From contig JAADVB010000005.1 of assembly GCA_023334545.1 (NCBI GenBank), positions 112,279 through 176,278 of the forward strand: DNA of 64,000 bases, written 5' to 3'. Both the position numbers and the translations under genes were made by a program. The notes under the pieces are model-generated. The model searched no databases. It saw nothing but the letters and a program-made list of their open reading frames with translations, and had not been told where the DNA came from. This document shows positions 12,601 through 25,063 of this stretch, piece after piece (position 1 is the stretch's first letter; the number at the start of each line of letters is the position of its first letter). Source of the DNA: Salisapilia sapeloensis CBS 127946 (Eukaryota; Protista; Oomycota).

Positions 12601-13528
12601 CGACGCTAGTTTGAGCAGTTAGTAAACGTACATGAGTGGTGTTGCAAAGATTGGTTCTACCTTGAGATTGAGCAAGAAAGTCACTGAAACGATCCCAGGA
12701 AAGAGTGCCCTTCGTATTGATCTCTGCTTGATGAAATAGACATTGCAGCCGACTCACCAAGATCACCTGCAGGTACATGTGCTTTAAATAAACGGCATTG
12801 AAAGCTAGTATTATGTCACGTACACGATCACTCTGTTGTATCTTCTCTTTTGGAAGTGCGCCTAAGAACTCTGCTACAAATTGCTCTTCATCCATCATAC
12901 CATACTCTTCGAAAGCTTGCTGAAGACTCCTTAAGCCATCCATATCTGTTCAAATCTAAGATACATCTCCATCTATTCATCAATTCCAAATGTACCTAGC
13001 CAAGAGAGGACCGTTTCCAACGAGATTTTCTCACGTGCGTCCGACTTGTCTGAAAGTTGATTTCCTCCAGTGCATTGGGAACCACAGTCTAGGACATTCT
13101 TCACGACGCGTTGTTTCCGTTGCTGACGACCGCATTTCTGGCGTGGAGAGTGCTCAATTGCATGCTCCATTGCAAAGTCCATGACATCATTAGATGACTC
13201 CGATTGAGGCAAGGCAAGTTTGCTAAGATCTCGCAGTATTGGCAACCCTTGAATTTGAGGAAAGTAACTCGTGGTTTTGGCCAGCACCTTTTCGGCGTTT
13301 AAACCACTCCTCTTCATAGGCACACTCGGGACGATGTCGAAAGTAGCGATAGGTTTTTTCGTTGACTTCCATTTCCACTGAATCTGTGTCCAGATGAGCA
13401 AAAGATGACAAGAAACAAATCAAACATCAAACCTGCTTCAATTGGTGTATCTTTCTTGAGTCATTCAAAAAACCCTTGGACTTGTCTCCTGGCGTTGATG
13501 CCAATGGCCGCTGAGGCAATTTGCTCAT
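9676..13528 (-). CDS. WD40-repeat plus EF-hand protein (WDR49/EFCAB8-like, probable ciliary); multi-exon
   Basis: WD repeats LVSGGLDQRVEVWN, GHDAPI...ADEKGTVKIWDLR. EF-like motifs LFHQAEINTKGTLSWDRF and IFQSADRDHCGAVG. ORFs 12973-13401, 12542-12943 and 9676-12192 appear to be linked by short introns; the 13401-12973 to 12943 junction was checked in frame. Confidence 0.7.
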
Positions 13529-13649
13529 CTTTCACTTGTTGATGAGGAAAATGAGGGAGTAATATCTCAAACATAAAGTAAAAATAGAATACTGATATCG
13601 TTTGCAACCGCTTCTCATGTTGCTTGCGCTTGCTTTAGTTTATACAAGT

Positions 13650-14696
13650 CTAGACTTCCGGTTCTAGTGTCTGATGATCCGTTTTTTCTAAGATATCTGC
13701 TGCTTGCATCTTCCAATCGCGGTCTACTTTAAACTCCAGCTCGACTTCTTTAAACGCAGCAACGTAGTTGCATTGAGTGTAGCGTAGTCTACAAAAGATA
13801 GCATAACCTTGTTAGGAGAGATAAAGAAAGGGTTGGAAGACATAAATACTTTTGAAAAAGGTTGATAGAGGCAGTGTTGACCTCGTTGATCTTGCAGTAA
13901 AATCTCGACACGCTAAGACGACTCGTAGCTGTATTTGTGGACATATTAGACTCCAAGTATCTTCCAATCCTTAAAGTATATAGACATACCATAAGCCATC
14001 ATCAACTCAAGAGCTTCTTTAGCAAAGCCATGTCGACGGTATTTTTCCTCTGCGATCATGATTTCAATCTCGCAGTTCGACGCATCTTCATCGTCGTTAA
14101 AGAATAGATTCACATCACCAGCCATACCTAGTGTGTTATGGATGGTAAGCATACTGTAGGAGAGAATTGTATCCACTAGCAAGCAGTCAAGAGAATAGAA
14201 ATACTTTCGATGGCGTCTGCATCAATGTACCGCTTCCTTCCTTCCGTTGTCAATCCTTCTTTCGCCAACACGATGAATGTGCATTCTAAGCATGCAATAG
14301 CGAAACAGTCATGCCATCGAACATCCTGTCAAGAATCAAACGTAATCATACTTCTCGAGTCTTCTCGCCAAGAAGCCTGCATTTCTAGCTCTTCCTCAAC
14401 ACTTAAAGGCTCTGACGCAGTCATCTCTATACCATCACACTATACCATCAACATGGATGCACTGTACACCACTGCAATGCCAAAGCAGACCTTGTAGCCA
14501 CGGGTCTTTCATCCATTCATGGTACTTGGCCACCAGCTCTTTGGTGTATGGCACTAGCACCACTTTTTCACCAACCTACATACCCGTACATAAGCACAAT
14601 CAGCTTTTAACTCATGTACGTTCAAGAATGCAATATCAATAGCACACAGAAAGGTATACAATGACGTACAAGAGCTAAATCGACGTTCTGACGCAT
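13650..14696 (-). CDS. NAT9: GNAT N-acetyltransferase 9-like (multi-exon)
   Basis: GEKVVLVPY..LVAKYHEWMKD, MTASEPLSVEEELEMQASW, MAGDVNLF, EIEIMIAE..YRRHGFAKEAL, FYCKINEVNTASINLF. Confidence 0.9.
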
Positions 14697-14983
14697 ATTG
14701 ACAAGCAAAATGACTTGGGATTGGAATAAATGTCTATCATATCACATGGTGAAATTACCTATTTACTCTGCTTTTATTGGATCAAACGTCAGTATTGTAT
14801 TTACACCGGTATATCACGGATATGAACGACATGATGTCAAGCCCTCCGCCTACATCTTCTTTAGCGGATGTAGTATCGGTTCTAGTAAAATCGAAATGGA
14901 TAGAGGTACTTGCATAAACTTTTTGTTTCTTATGCATTACTTTTGTACGAGCATGAGTACGCAGTGATTCTAACGAGAGCTGG

Positions 14984-17153
14984 ATGAAGCAGATTACAAC
15001 TTTGGAAGCATTGTCAATCACCAATAAGGAGATCCACTCGACTATTAACCGTTTGAAGCTAAAGAAACACTGCATTCGAGCCACTGGCTTTTCATCTACA
15101 GTGCGACTAAGGTATGCAATCATATCCATTGCGTACAAGTCGTACTCCCTGTCATCGATATCCATAGACGATGGCTACAGATACTTCAAGTGGAAGACTT
15201 GATCTCTACTATCACACCTGAAGAGCAAGCACGTCAAGAAGAGGTAGTTTCATTTTTACTGAGATTTCAATATTGATCCCAAATGCATTGAATCACATTT
15301 ATGCTTTGTAGATCGATACAATCCTCTCGATGTCGACCCAATGTCCCCTCGATTCCGTCGGCGTCCAAGGTCCATAGTGCTACTTCGACTATACATATTC
15401 TTCATACCGTAGCTTATTAGCTCTATAATAGGCGAAATCGCTCGAGATGTGGATAGAACATTCTCAACCTTGGATTTCTTTTCAGCTGACGGTAAGACAC
15501 GATCTGCACCTGATCAAATGAAGGTGGTGACCCATGTTTGAATAGGGCACGGTAGGATCATGCTGTCAAACGTTTTAAAAGCTGTCCTCATCCATTCACC
15601 AGAAGTTGGATACTGCCAAGTACATTTCCCTCTCTCCATTCACACCTGATCCATGTAACCCATTCGCTGCGTAGGGAATGAACTACGTTGCAGCAGTGCT
15701 TCTCCTTCTCTTTTACGAGTCAGATGAGCCACAGATGATCGGACAGACACTTCAAGAAAGCGTGTACTACATCCTCCTTGGCTTGATTTACCGTCGAGAC
15801 ATGAAAACGATGTGGGCGAACAAAATGACTGCCCTCTCCTCTTGTCTCTACATCTACCAAGCACTACTGGAGCAACACTTTCCTTCTCTCCTACGCCATT
15901 TTAAACAAATTGGCATGCACTCGAGCATCCTATCGACTCAAGTACATGCTTCATAGCAATGCCATAGTTTCCGTAGTATTAATATTTGTGTCTTGTAGTG
16001 GTTCGTGACGCTCTTCACTCGAACTCTTCCACCGGATACTATTGCTCACATCTACGACGTCTTTATAACGGAAGGATGGAAGGCTATCTACCGCATTACA
16101 TTAGCTCTAACAGAGCATGTCAACCCAACGCTTATTGAGATGGATCTAGAGCAGTGTAGTATCTACATCCGTCAACACCCTCGTCTACATCTTGACACGA
16201 TCCCACCCACTAAACTCCTCTCCTCCGCATATACTTATAAAATTACGAACAAGCAATTGGAAGCGTTGCACGAGGCTCGGCACTTGGACTATGTCCGTCT
16301 TCGATTGCACCAGTCACCTATCAGTCCAGACGACAGTTTCCATTTCCCATCAATCGATGAAGATACAGAACAGGAAGAAGCTTATGTCACATTACGACAG
16401 GAACTTGAGGAATTAGATGCGAATATGACAACAGACATCACTGCTTTACGTATGAAATGGGAGAAACTGGACAAGGCTAGTGGTATACAAAGTCGTCAAT
16501 TCCATCAACTCACGTACAAAGTAACTGAATGTACGTTCCGTCTGGAAGAGCTATTGGAGCATCATGCACGTCTAAAATCTCAATTCGATGCTTACTGTAC
16601 GTACGCCGTAGCACAAGCTTCTTCACCTACGAACACCACTACACGTCCGAAATCCTTTTCCTTTCCATCTATTCAAAAGACAATCAAGTCACCACTAGCT
16701 CTCTTACCAACAACCAGACTGCATCATCTCCAAGCCCGATTACACGGGTACTTTGAGAAGCTTCCGATGCAAGCAATTCTATCTTCTCGCTCGACGTCGA
16801 ATGCCTCTGACAACCAGCGTCAATGGGTCTTGGATGACGATGGGAATATTGAGGATGAGATGCTCAAGCTACAGTATCTCGATGAACTCGTGCCACATTT
16901 GGCATCCGACCTACGCGTCCTACAGCAGAAACGATCGAAGAATGCGTTGCAGCTCCGAAAGGTCCAGAAGAAGTTTATCAAGCTACGTCACGATCATCAG
17001 TTTGCTCAAGTACGAGTCGAAGAGACTCGACAGTTCCAAACTCGATTGGAAGACCAGATACGTACGTTGATGGAGATGCATCAAGAGGAAAAGAAGAGAA
17101 AGATGGAACAATTGATGACGGATTTAAAAATGGAAAAAGAGAATGAAGGGTAG
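14984..17153 (+). CDS. TBC-domain Rab GTPase-activating protein with C-terminal coiled coil (multi-exon; start approximate)
   Basis: IARDVDRTF (R finger), VGYCQGMNYVAAVLL (Q finger), QWFVTLF, IYDVFITEGWKAIYRITLAL. Confidence 0.9.
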
Positions 17154-17171
17154 ATTGACGTCTGCTACAGC

Positions 17172-18010
17172 TTAGACAGCAACGTGCGTGGGAGGGTTGG
17201 ACGCCTGGCCTTCTTCCATTGCGCCAGCATCATTCGTCACAGGCTTGTTGTAACGTAACTCGGGCATCTCTTCCAAGTCGTTCGCATCCGCATTCGTGTT
17301 CGATTTCGTCATCTCCTGCTTGTACGCCGGGTGCTAAACAACGACGTTAATTCTGAGGGTATACTAGCGTAGCAAAAGAATGTACTCGGTAGATAAGGAA
17401 GAAGTTAAAGGCAGCAAGAAGGAGGAGGAAGACACCAAGGATCGCGCCAATCCATCCTTGGGAAAAGGCTAGGAAAGCAATCGAGAAGATGTACGCGGCT
17501 TTCCCAAAGGCAGTGAACATGAAACCAAAGTTCGCTTTCACTTTCTCCGCCTGACTCGGGAATCGCTCGTGGTTCTCGATGAAGACTAGACCACCGGCCA
17601 TCATGCTTTATTCAGACAAATACATGTTAGTATGGCGTACATATGCAAGTAGAGAATGGTAGGCGTACATGATGTAAATGATGACGAGGAAATGGGAGTA
17701 GCTCGGGGCCAAGAAGAGGCGCACGACACATGTCGCAATGAGCAGGAGCGCCGCCACGAGGTTGGCGAGACGCATGTACCCATTGATGCGCGTAATGTCC
17801 GTGTCAGAGATGCGTTTGGTCAAGTCGTCCGCAGTTTCCTTGAGGATCTTCTGTGCCGATTGTCCTGCGGGAGGACCAGTTTGCTTTGATTCACCTGTAG
17901 ACGTGGCTAGCACAAAATCCACTACATTAGCTCGGCACACGTGCGCTAAAGCCGTCAACGGAAGGTATGGAAAGGAGCATACCATCATTCGTTGTGGAGG
18001 TGGATTCCAT
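17172..18010 (-). CDS. COPI-associated / TVP15-like Golgi membrane protein (multi-exon)
   Basis: Multi-TM protein with NFGFMFTAFGKAAYIFSIAFL. The exons join into MESTSTTNDATSTGE...THVAV*. Confidence 0.7.
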
Positions 18011-18265
18011 CATGGTTGAGGTAGCAAGTTAAGAGATAAGAAGGCGAAAAGAAGAGATGGAGGAAGTACACACTTTCCCGTGCGAGTATCGTTTTTCTTT
18101 TGAGCCAAGTACTAAAAATAGTTGGAAAGCAGATGGCTATTCTAGAACATATGATTGGGTGAATTAGGTTGTTTGAGTCACAAGTGGCGTGTCGCTCGAT
18201 GGACTGTAAAATGAAGACAAAAGGTAAGGATTAGTGCGTGGACATCAGATCGACCGACATTCTAA

Positions 18266-19445
18266 ATGAGCGTGGACGAAGCTGCTCGGAAGAGCGCAGC
18301 GGCGAGCGTCGGCGCGGTCATTACCTCTCTCGTCGTACGTGACTTTTAGAATGCATAAACTAGTTTTTTGTTTGGTATTAATGGTATACTGTCTCGACAG
18401 GTTACTCGTACGAATCTGGACGATTAAAATGCTCATTGGTAGTCGGATACTCATGTCTTTCTTGTACTATATTAGCGCTAGAAGTCGTCAAGACTCGACT
18501 ACAGGTGCAAGCGCCGGAAGTGCTGCACGTGACACCAGTCGTTCAAAAGGTTTTATCCTCCAAACGCATGCTACCAAGCTCCACTAACGTTGGTTCTAGT
18601 CTTCTCATTATTGTTTTTACAATGGACTTATGGATACGATGCTTCCGAAACAGGAGCTGCTGCAGCGATGTAAATGTACAAAAGGAGAATTATGTCCAGC
18701 ACCTCCGAATCGAAATGGGCTGCTCCCGGCGATGATTCGAATCGTACAGAAAGAAGGGCCGACTGCGTTGTATGCAGGTCTACCACCGACATTGCTCATC
18801 TCCATCCCTTCCACAGCCATGTACTTTACGTCCTACGAAATGATACTACAGCGATGGAAGCGTCTCTTCCCAGAGCAGCACCATGGCATTTTAGCCATGG
18901 CATCTGGAAGCATGGCGCGTAGCATCACGGCAGCACTGTTTTCCCCACTCGAGTTAATTCGGGTTCAGATGCAAGCGATAGAGCATAACTCGGAAGGGTT
19001 CATTACACATTTCCGCCGTGCAGTTGCCGGTAACCCTCGGCACCTCTTCGCAGGCCTCGGACCGACGCTTGCACGAGATATTCCGTTTTCTGCGGTCTAT
19101 TGGTACGGCATTGAAGAGTCAAAAGTCATCCTGAATGACCGGTTGGAGATGCAGAATGAGAACCGGAAACGTGTGCTGATCGCCTTTTTAGCCGGTATCA
19201 CGAGCGGCTCTGTTGCTACCATCCTCACGCACCCATTCGATGTCGTGAAGACACGGGCGCAATCCCAGAAGTACGCGAGGGATGGCGAGTCTCGAATGGG
19301 TATGATGGATGCATTACGTCAGATCCATCGATCGGAAGGGTCGAGCGCGTTAACGGCAGGCGTAGCACCGCGCGTACTGAAGACGGCAACATCATGTGCG
19401 ATTATGATCTCCACATATGAAGCCACCAAGATCTTATTACAATAG
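18266..19445 (+). CDS. Mitochondrial carrier SLC25A39/40 (MTM1)-like
   Basis: PX[DE]XX[KR] signatures LEVVKTRLQ, PLELIRVQMQ, PFDVVKTRAQ; IPSTAMYFTSYE; RDIPFSAVYW. Confidence 0.9.
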
Positions 19446-19794
19446 AAGAAGAGTTGGTTCCATGGACGTTATGAACCTAAGCTGTAATTTCGTGTAGAGT
19501 CACCATCATAGTCCTGTCTTCTCCCGCATGTACGATCGTAGGCGACAGATGCAGTTACAGAAGCAACCTTCGCTCAATGGGTGACACTTCGCCTCGCCAC
19601 CCCACATCGACCTTCTCCATACCGGCTGGTGCACCACTAGCCACGTCAGTCGACAGTTAACTTGTGGCTAATGCGGCCCAACCCTGAAGGGATTCGAGTC
19701 GGAATCGAAGCCCCTTCGATGTCCTGACCTATCTAGAAAAATATACCACGCTTACGCAACTTGTCCATTCCATTTCTTCCTGTCAAAACTCAAT

Positions 19795-21012
19795 ATGCCT
19801 CGTTGGTCCCTCCACAGCCGACGCAGTCAAGATCTGCTGACGAAGGAGATACAGGCAAACGATGAGGAAGCGGAGACACTTGATTCTGAACCAGAGGATA
19901 GTACTCCGATGTCGCCGGCAAATCCACTTGGACCCATTCGGACAGCACTAGCTAAAGTTCGTCTACAAAATCTGACGAAACGACCGCATGTACCACCCAT
20001 CTCTATCCGATCCTTTTACAATCGACTCCAGACGTCTGATGTCGTTGTCGTCGACTGTCGTGGCGATGAAGAGTACGCTGGAGCACACCTGCCACGATCT
20101 CTACATTGTCCACCACCACCGGTACTCACATCGTTGCGTCGACCACGGACTGTCGATGACATTATTGCAACTACAGGAAGCGAGGCTTTACGTCGACGTT
20201 TCCAACAGCGAGATTTGCTAGAAGTCGTGGTCATTGGATCCAACTGGTCTTCATGCCCACTGCTCTATCGCATGGACTTTGGCTATAAATTCGCTCGTAT
20301 GCTCCTAGAGGAAAGTCGAGTCTTTGCTGTCAAGTTCCTTGCCCAAGGTTTCCACAAATTTAGGCACAAGTATGCATTTCTATCCACGTCGCTTCCATTG
20401 GAAAACGTACAGAAGGAGTCTCGTCTACTAGCACGACGGAACTCTGTCGCCCAGCCTTTGCCGAATGAAATCATAGAGAACTTCTTGTACTTGGGCAATT
20501 TCTGGCAAGCGAATAATCGACAGACAATTCAGGATTTAGGAATTACGCACATCATAAACGTAGGTGCCACCGGTCCAGACTTTGACGCAGATCGCATTCA
20601 CGTCGATGGAGTGCAGTATCTTGATATTCATGTCGCTGACAAAGAGCATGCTGACTTGAGCTCGACGATAGCGCAGGATGTCATACAATACATCTTAGGT
20701 GTCCAGAACGACAAGAAGAGGAATGGAAAAGTACTTGTGCATTGCGTCCAAGGAGTGTCTCGATCCGCAACGCTGGTCATTTGGTTCGTCATGACGCAAA
20801 TGCAGTGTTCACTCCTCGCTGCATACCACCACGTGCATCGTGCTCGTCCGTTAATCTTTCCAAATCGAGGTTTCTTGCAACAACTGTTAAAGGAAGAGAA
20901 AGAGTTGTATGGAGAGACGAGCATCAATGAAGATGAACTAGACATGCTGCAGAATGGACTATTAGAACCAACGGACCGAAATGGATCAACGCTTAGATCG
21001 TCGATGGAATGA
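19795..21012 (+). CDS. Dual-specificity (MAPK-type) phosphatase with rhodanese domain
   Basis: Rhodanese VVVDCRGDEEYAGAHL; PNEIIENFLYLG; catalytic VLVHCVQGVSRSA; PNRGFLQQL. Confidence 0.9.
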   Translation: MPRWSLHSRRSQDLLTKEIQANDEEAETLDSEPEDSTPMSPANPLGPIRTALAKVRLQNLTKRPHVPPISIRSFYNRLQTSDVVVVDCRGDEEYAGAHLPRSLHCPPPPVLTSLRRPRTVDDIIATTGSEALRRRFQQRDLLEVVVIGSNWSSCPLLYRMDFGYKFARMLLEESRVFAVKFLAQGFHKFRHKYAFLSTSLPLENVQKESRLLARRNSVAQPLPNEIIENFLYLGNFWQANNRQTIQDLGITHIINVGATGPDFDADRIHVDGVQYLDIHVADKEHADLSSTIAQDVIQYILGVQNDKKRNGKVLVHCVQGVSRSATLVIWFVMTQMQCSLLAAYHHVHRARPLIFPNRGFLQQLLKEEKELYGETSINEDELDMLQNGLLEPTDRNGSTLRSSME

Positions 21013-21134
21013 CATAATATACTTTCGTATTTGAATGAAGTTATTTATACCTCCTACACAGCCTGTGGTCATTCCCTTCATCAGCATGAAGCAAGGCAGC
21101 GGGAGCGTAGATGTTGAAGTTTGATCGAAGTCGA

Positions 21135-21787
21135 TCATCGGACATGATGGTAGAATTCACCACTATCGTACTTGCCATTGCAAAAGGAACCTTCCCACAC
21201 AACACCTTCTTTATCTGTATACTTTCCTTCTCCATGCATTCTATCATTTAAACAAAGTGAAGTGAAGCTTGGATGAGCGCAGCACTATGAAATGTACCGA
21301 TTATGGATCCAACCGCCTTCATAAACTGCTCCATCCGGCCATTGATACTTTCCTTGGCCATGCATTAAATTGTCCTGAAAGCCACCCTATATGCACGTCA
21401 TATCCGTCAGATTACCAGCCGAGTATCTAGTCGTAAAATGCCTTACCTCGTATATGGCTCCAGTAGCAAACTTGTAAATGCCTTGACCATGCATCTTATC
21501 ATTCTCCCATTCCCCATCATAACTTTCGTGTCCATAATTACATTTGCCATGTCCCTGTCTTCCGATCGGTAGCTCGTTTGCGATGGAGAAATCACCAACT
21601 TTTAATTCTTAGACATCAGTTCGATTTACAAAGCTAATCCTAAGATTTCGTTACCATAAGTCGACCCATCGAGGAATGCAAATGATCCATGTGCCACTAC
21701 GGGCTTTTGGTTTTCTTGCTCTTGAGCTAAAGCATCCTCAGCGGCTTTATTGTCTTTCGCATTTGTTTTTCCTTTTGGTGGTGCCAT
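21135..21787 (-). CDS. Small MORN-repeat protein (MORN2-like); multi-exon
   Basis: YDGEWENDKMHGQGIYKFATGAIY, GKYQWPDGAVYEG, GKYTDKEGVVWEGSF. Confidence 0.8.
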
Positions 21788-21915
21788 TGCAAGTAGGTAG
21801 GCAGTGGTTACGAAAGTATTGATGCTTGAAATACGAGAAAGAGGCGCAAACATGAAACTCCTTTTGCTCTACACAAACATAAACTCTTCATTCAACAAAG
21901 ACATCTAAGCCCACA

Positions 21916-23325
21916 ATGGAAGATTTTTTACACTACTACGAAATGGAAAGCCTCGACCATGGTATCACGGCAAGAAAAGATATCATTCGGGAAATCCAAA
22001 GTCGATTTCCAGATATCGCAGAAGAGTCGTGGCCCGACAATAAAGCGCCAACGTGGTCGTTGCAACTAGAAGGAAACTCACGACATCGCTTTACTAATCG
22101 TATACGGAACATCCATGTCGTCGCACTGGCAGGATCACTTATTAAAAGCCGATTGCCTGGTTTACAAGTTCTAAATTTGAGTTTCAACCATCTCGGAGAA
22201 AAGATTGAGGTATCAGAGGACGAAAGCAAGGAGAATGAAGAGGAACAACGCAGGTTTGCTCTGAATGCCATTCCATCTATTTCTAGACTACTCCAGGTAC
22301 TGGTGATTTTTTCGTTCGATACCAACGATAGCTCACTTTGTTTATGTAGGATACATCTGGATATGCTTGCGCATTGGAAAAGCTAGACTTGAGCGGTAAT
22401 TGGTTTGGAGGAGTAAGCTGCAAACTCTTGTGCGACGTCTTGGCACATAACAAGACACTCAAAAGTTTAAATTTACGTGGTAACCCACTTGGAGAAGACG
22501 GAGGGCATGCGGTTGCCGCGCTTTTATCTTCGGACGAATCGAAACTCGAAGTGCTAGACATTGGAAACACTCAGCTTGAAACAGCTAACATTATCGCTAT
22601 TGCGACTGCCTTGCGAGCTAACACAACGCTCCGGGATCTGAATCTAGATAATCCCATTATTCGATCAAAAGAGGTATACTATCCTCTTACAAACTTTTAT
22701 TGACATTGTCTAATCAACTCTTTTGCTACGGAAGGAGGAAATGATACAACATATCGGACGAATGCTTCGTGTGAATGAAACGCTGCAACGTCTAAGTCTC
22801 GCGAAACATGGTTTGACGGATGATGGTGTCAAAGTATTGGCGGACCGCTTGCTCGATAATGAAACACTACAAGGCCTCGGGCTACGTGCCAATCGTTTCG
22901 GAGCTACCGGTGCAGAAGCATTAGCATCTCTCTTGCTTGAGCACAGCTCTCTTGTTGAATTCGACTGCAGTGCGAATCGCTTAGGCGACGAGGGTGCCTG
23001 TGCCTTTGGTCACTTGTTGGAAATGACAACTCGTCCACTCTTAACACTCTCCCTATGTTCGACCTACCTCACGGACAAAGGACTTGCCATCCTAGCGGAA
23101 AGTTTCCATCTAACTTCCAAAGTCGTGCCAGTGCGCAATCTCTTGCTATGGGATAACGACTTTGGTCCGGATTCATCATCCCTCTTCTACTCTCTCCAGA
23201 CGACCTACTTTGCCGACAAGGACATCCGCACAGACTTTCAAGCATATTGCAACAATGATAACATCATCCAGATAGCTCATCAAGACCTCGATCGCGCCCA
23301 GACGTTCGAATCCCCCAAGAGGTAG
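21916..23325 (+). CDS. RNI-like leucine-rich-repeat protein (LRRC34-like)
   Basis: Repeats LNLSFNHLG, LDLSGNWFG, LNLRGNPLGEDGG, LDIGNTQL, LGLRANRFG, FDCSANRLGDEGA; two short introns. Confidence 0.8.
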
Positions 23326-23465
23326 AGTATCCCCGGCACGTCTCTTCAAGATAAATTGACACATAATGTGGACCACATTTGTATTTGCCACGTGCCCCAA
23401 CTCCATCCATTTGATCTTTCGACCTCTCCTCCCCATTCCTACTCTACCTATTGTACGTTAGCAAT

Positions 23466-24961
23466 ATGAGTGAAGAAACGAATACGACACCAGAAGTCAT
23501 TGAACGCTTGCCCAAGCCGGATAAGAAAGCCCATGATGCTGAAATTACCAAACTTGATGGTGAAATTAAAAAACTCCAGGCTCGATCGGTATGGGCCTCT
23601 TGTACTTTACTATTGTAATTCCTTTGATACTTACTTTTATACTCTAGGATGTTCTACGAAAGGAGATGGACGCGTTGAAGGAAGGTCGTGGTGGCTACGG
23701 TGAACAGATCCAAGCTGCCAAGGCCGAGTACGCTACTCTACGTGCTGAGAAGGAGTCTAAAATCCAAGCTCGTAACGAAGCTACTGCTCGTCTACGTAAG
23801 GCGCAGGACGACAAGGACGCTTCGATCAAGTCGCAAAAGTCTCAGCGCGCCGGTCTTCGATTCCGTACGGCTGAAGAGTACGATGACGAGATCAAGCAGC
23901 TTCGTCTGCAGCAAGAGACCCGTTCGATGTCTCTAAGCGAGGAAAAGCGTCTGATCAAGGAAATCGAGACGCTCCAGACGCAGCGTGAAGCCGTGTCCAA
24001 GCTCAGTGGCAACGACGACGTCGTTGGTAAGCACCAGGACACGATCAAAGTGTTAAAGCAGGAGAAGGAGGAGAAGAACAAGGCTATTGACGTTGTGCAG
24101 GAGAAGATGAACGAGAAGAAGAAGGCTCTCGATGAACTCTACAAGCTCAATGACGAAGAGAAGAAGCAGGACAAGTTCCCGGAACTTGCCAAGGAGCGCA
24201 AGGAGCTCAAGACGCAGCTAGACGAAAAGTTTAACGCCATTCGCGAGCAGCGGAAGGCGTTCAAGGAAGCGAATGACAAGTACTATGAGAACGTTCGTGC
24301 CGTGCGTAAGAAGAAGGAAGAGGAGCGTAAGAAGCAGGAGGAGGAGCGTAAGAAGGAGTATGAAGAGAAGCTCGCCGAGTACGAGAAGGAGATGGCCAAG
24401 ATCCATCCATATCAGGATGAAATGGACTTGTGTGACGCTCTGATCAAGTACCTCGAGTCCAACTACATGAAGGACGCGGGTAAGAACGTGGAAAAGAAAG
24501 AGGAAGCTCCTGTCGAGCTCGATGGCATGAAGCCTCTGCAGCGCAAGACGGAGGACTTTATGAACTTTGGTGGTGGCAAGAAGAAGAAGGGCAAGAAGAA
24601 CACCAAGAAGGAGAACGGCAAGCTGTCTCTCCCGATGGCGCAGCTCGACGCCTTCAGCTCCATCGGTCTCCTGCCGCCGACGACGGTTGGAGCGGTCGCA
24701 GACACTGTCCAGGCCATCAAGGACAAGAAGGAGTGGTTCGACAAGCAGACGACGCGTGTGGACGGTAAGAAGGTGGATGAGGCTGAAAGCAAGTCGGAGA
24801 AGCCGAAGAAGAAGAGCAACAAGAAGTTTGCGTCGAATGAAGAGGCGTTCCCGACGCTCGGAGGTGCTGACTCGAGCGTTCCGTCCGGCCCGACGTCGTG
24901 GGGTCCTGGTGTCGCTCCGATTGCGAGTGAAGTGATGCCGACGGAGCCGGAAGAAGAGTAG
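23466..24961 (+). CDS. Coiled-coil BFR1 / proton-pump-interactor-like protein
   Basis: N-terminal LPKPDKKAHDAEITKLDGEI, SMSLSEEKRLIKEI, long K/E coiled coil, C-terminal EEAFPTL; one intron; strong GC3 bias. Confidence 0.65.
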
Positions 24962-25063
24962 GCAGACTGGATGGTGTGGACGAGGTACTCGATAAATTAG
25001 AAAGCCAAGAACGTCCGAGTTCCAGTCCATGTTTGTCGTTTGGTGATTGTTTGTATTTGGGAC

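Noticed and set aside
24218-25030. 270-aa antisense ORF over the BFR1-like gene, and many similar shadow ORFs (e.g. 32872-33468, 52989-53633)
   Set aside because: These are by-products of biased codon usage on the coding strand; they show no family motifs.
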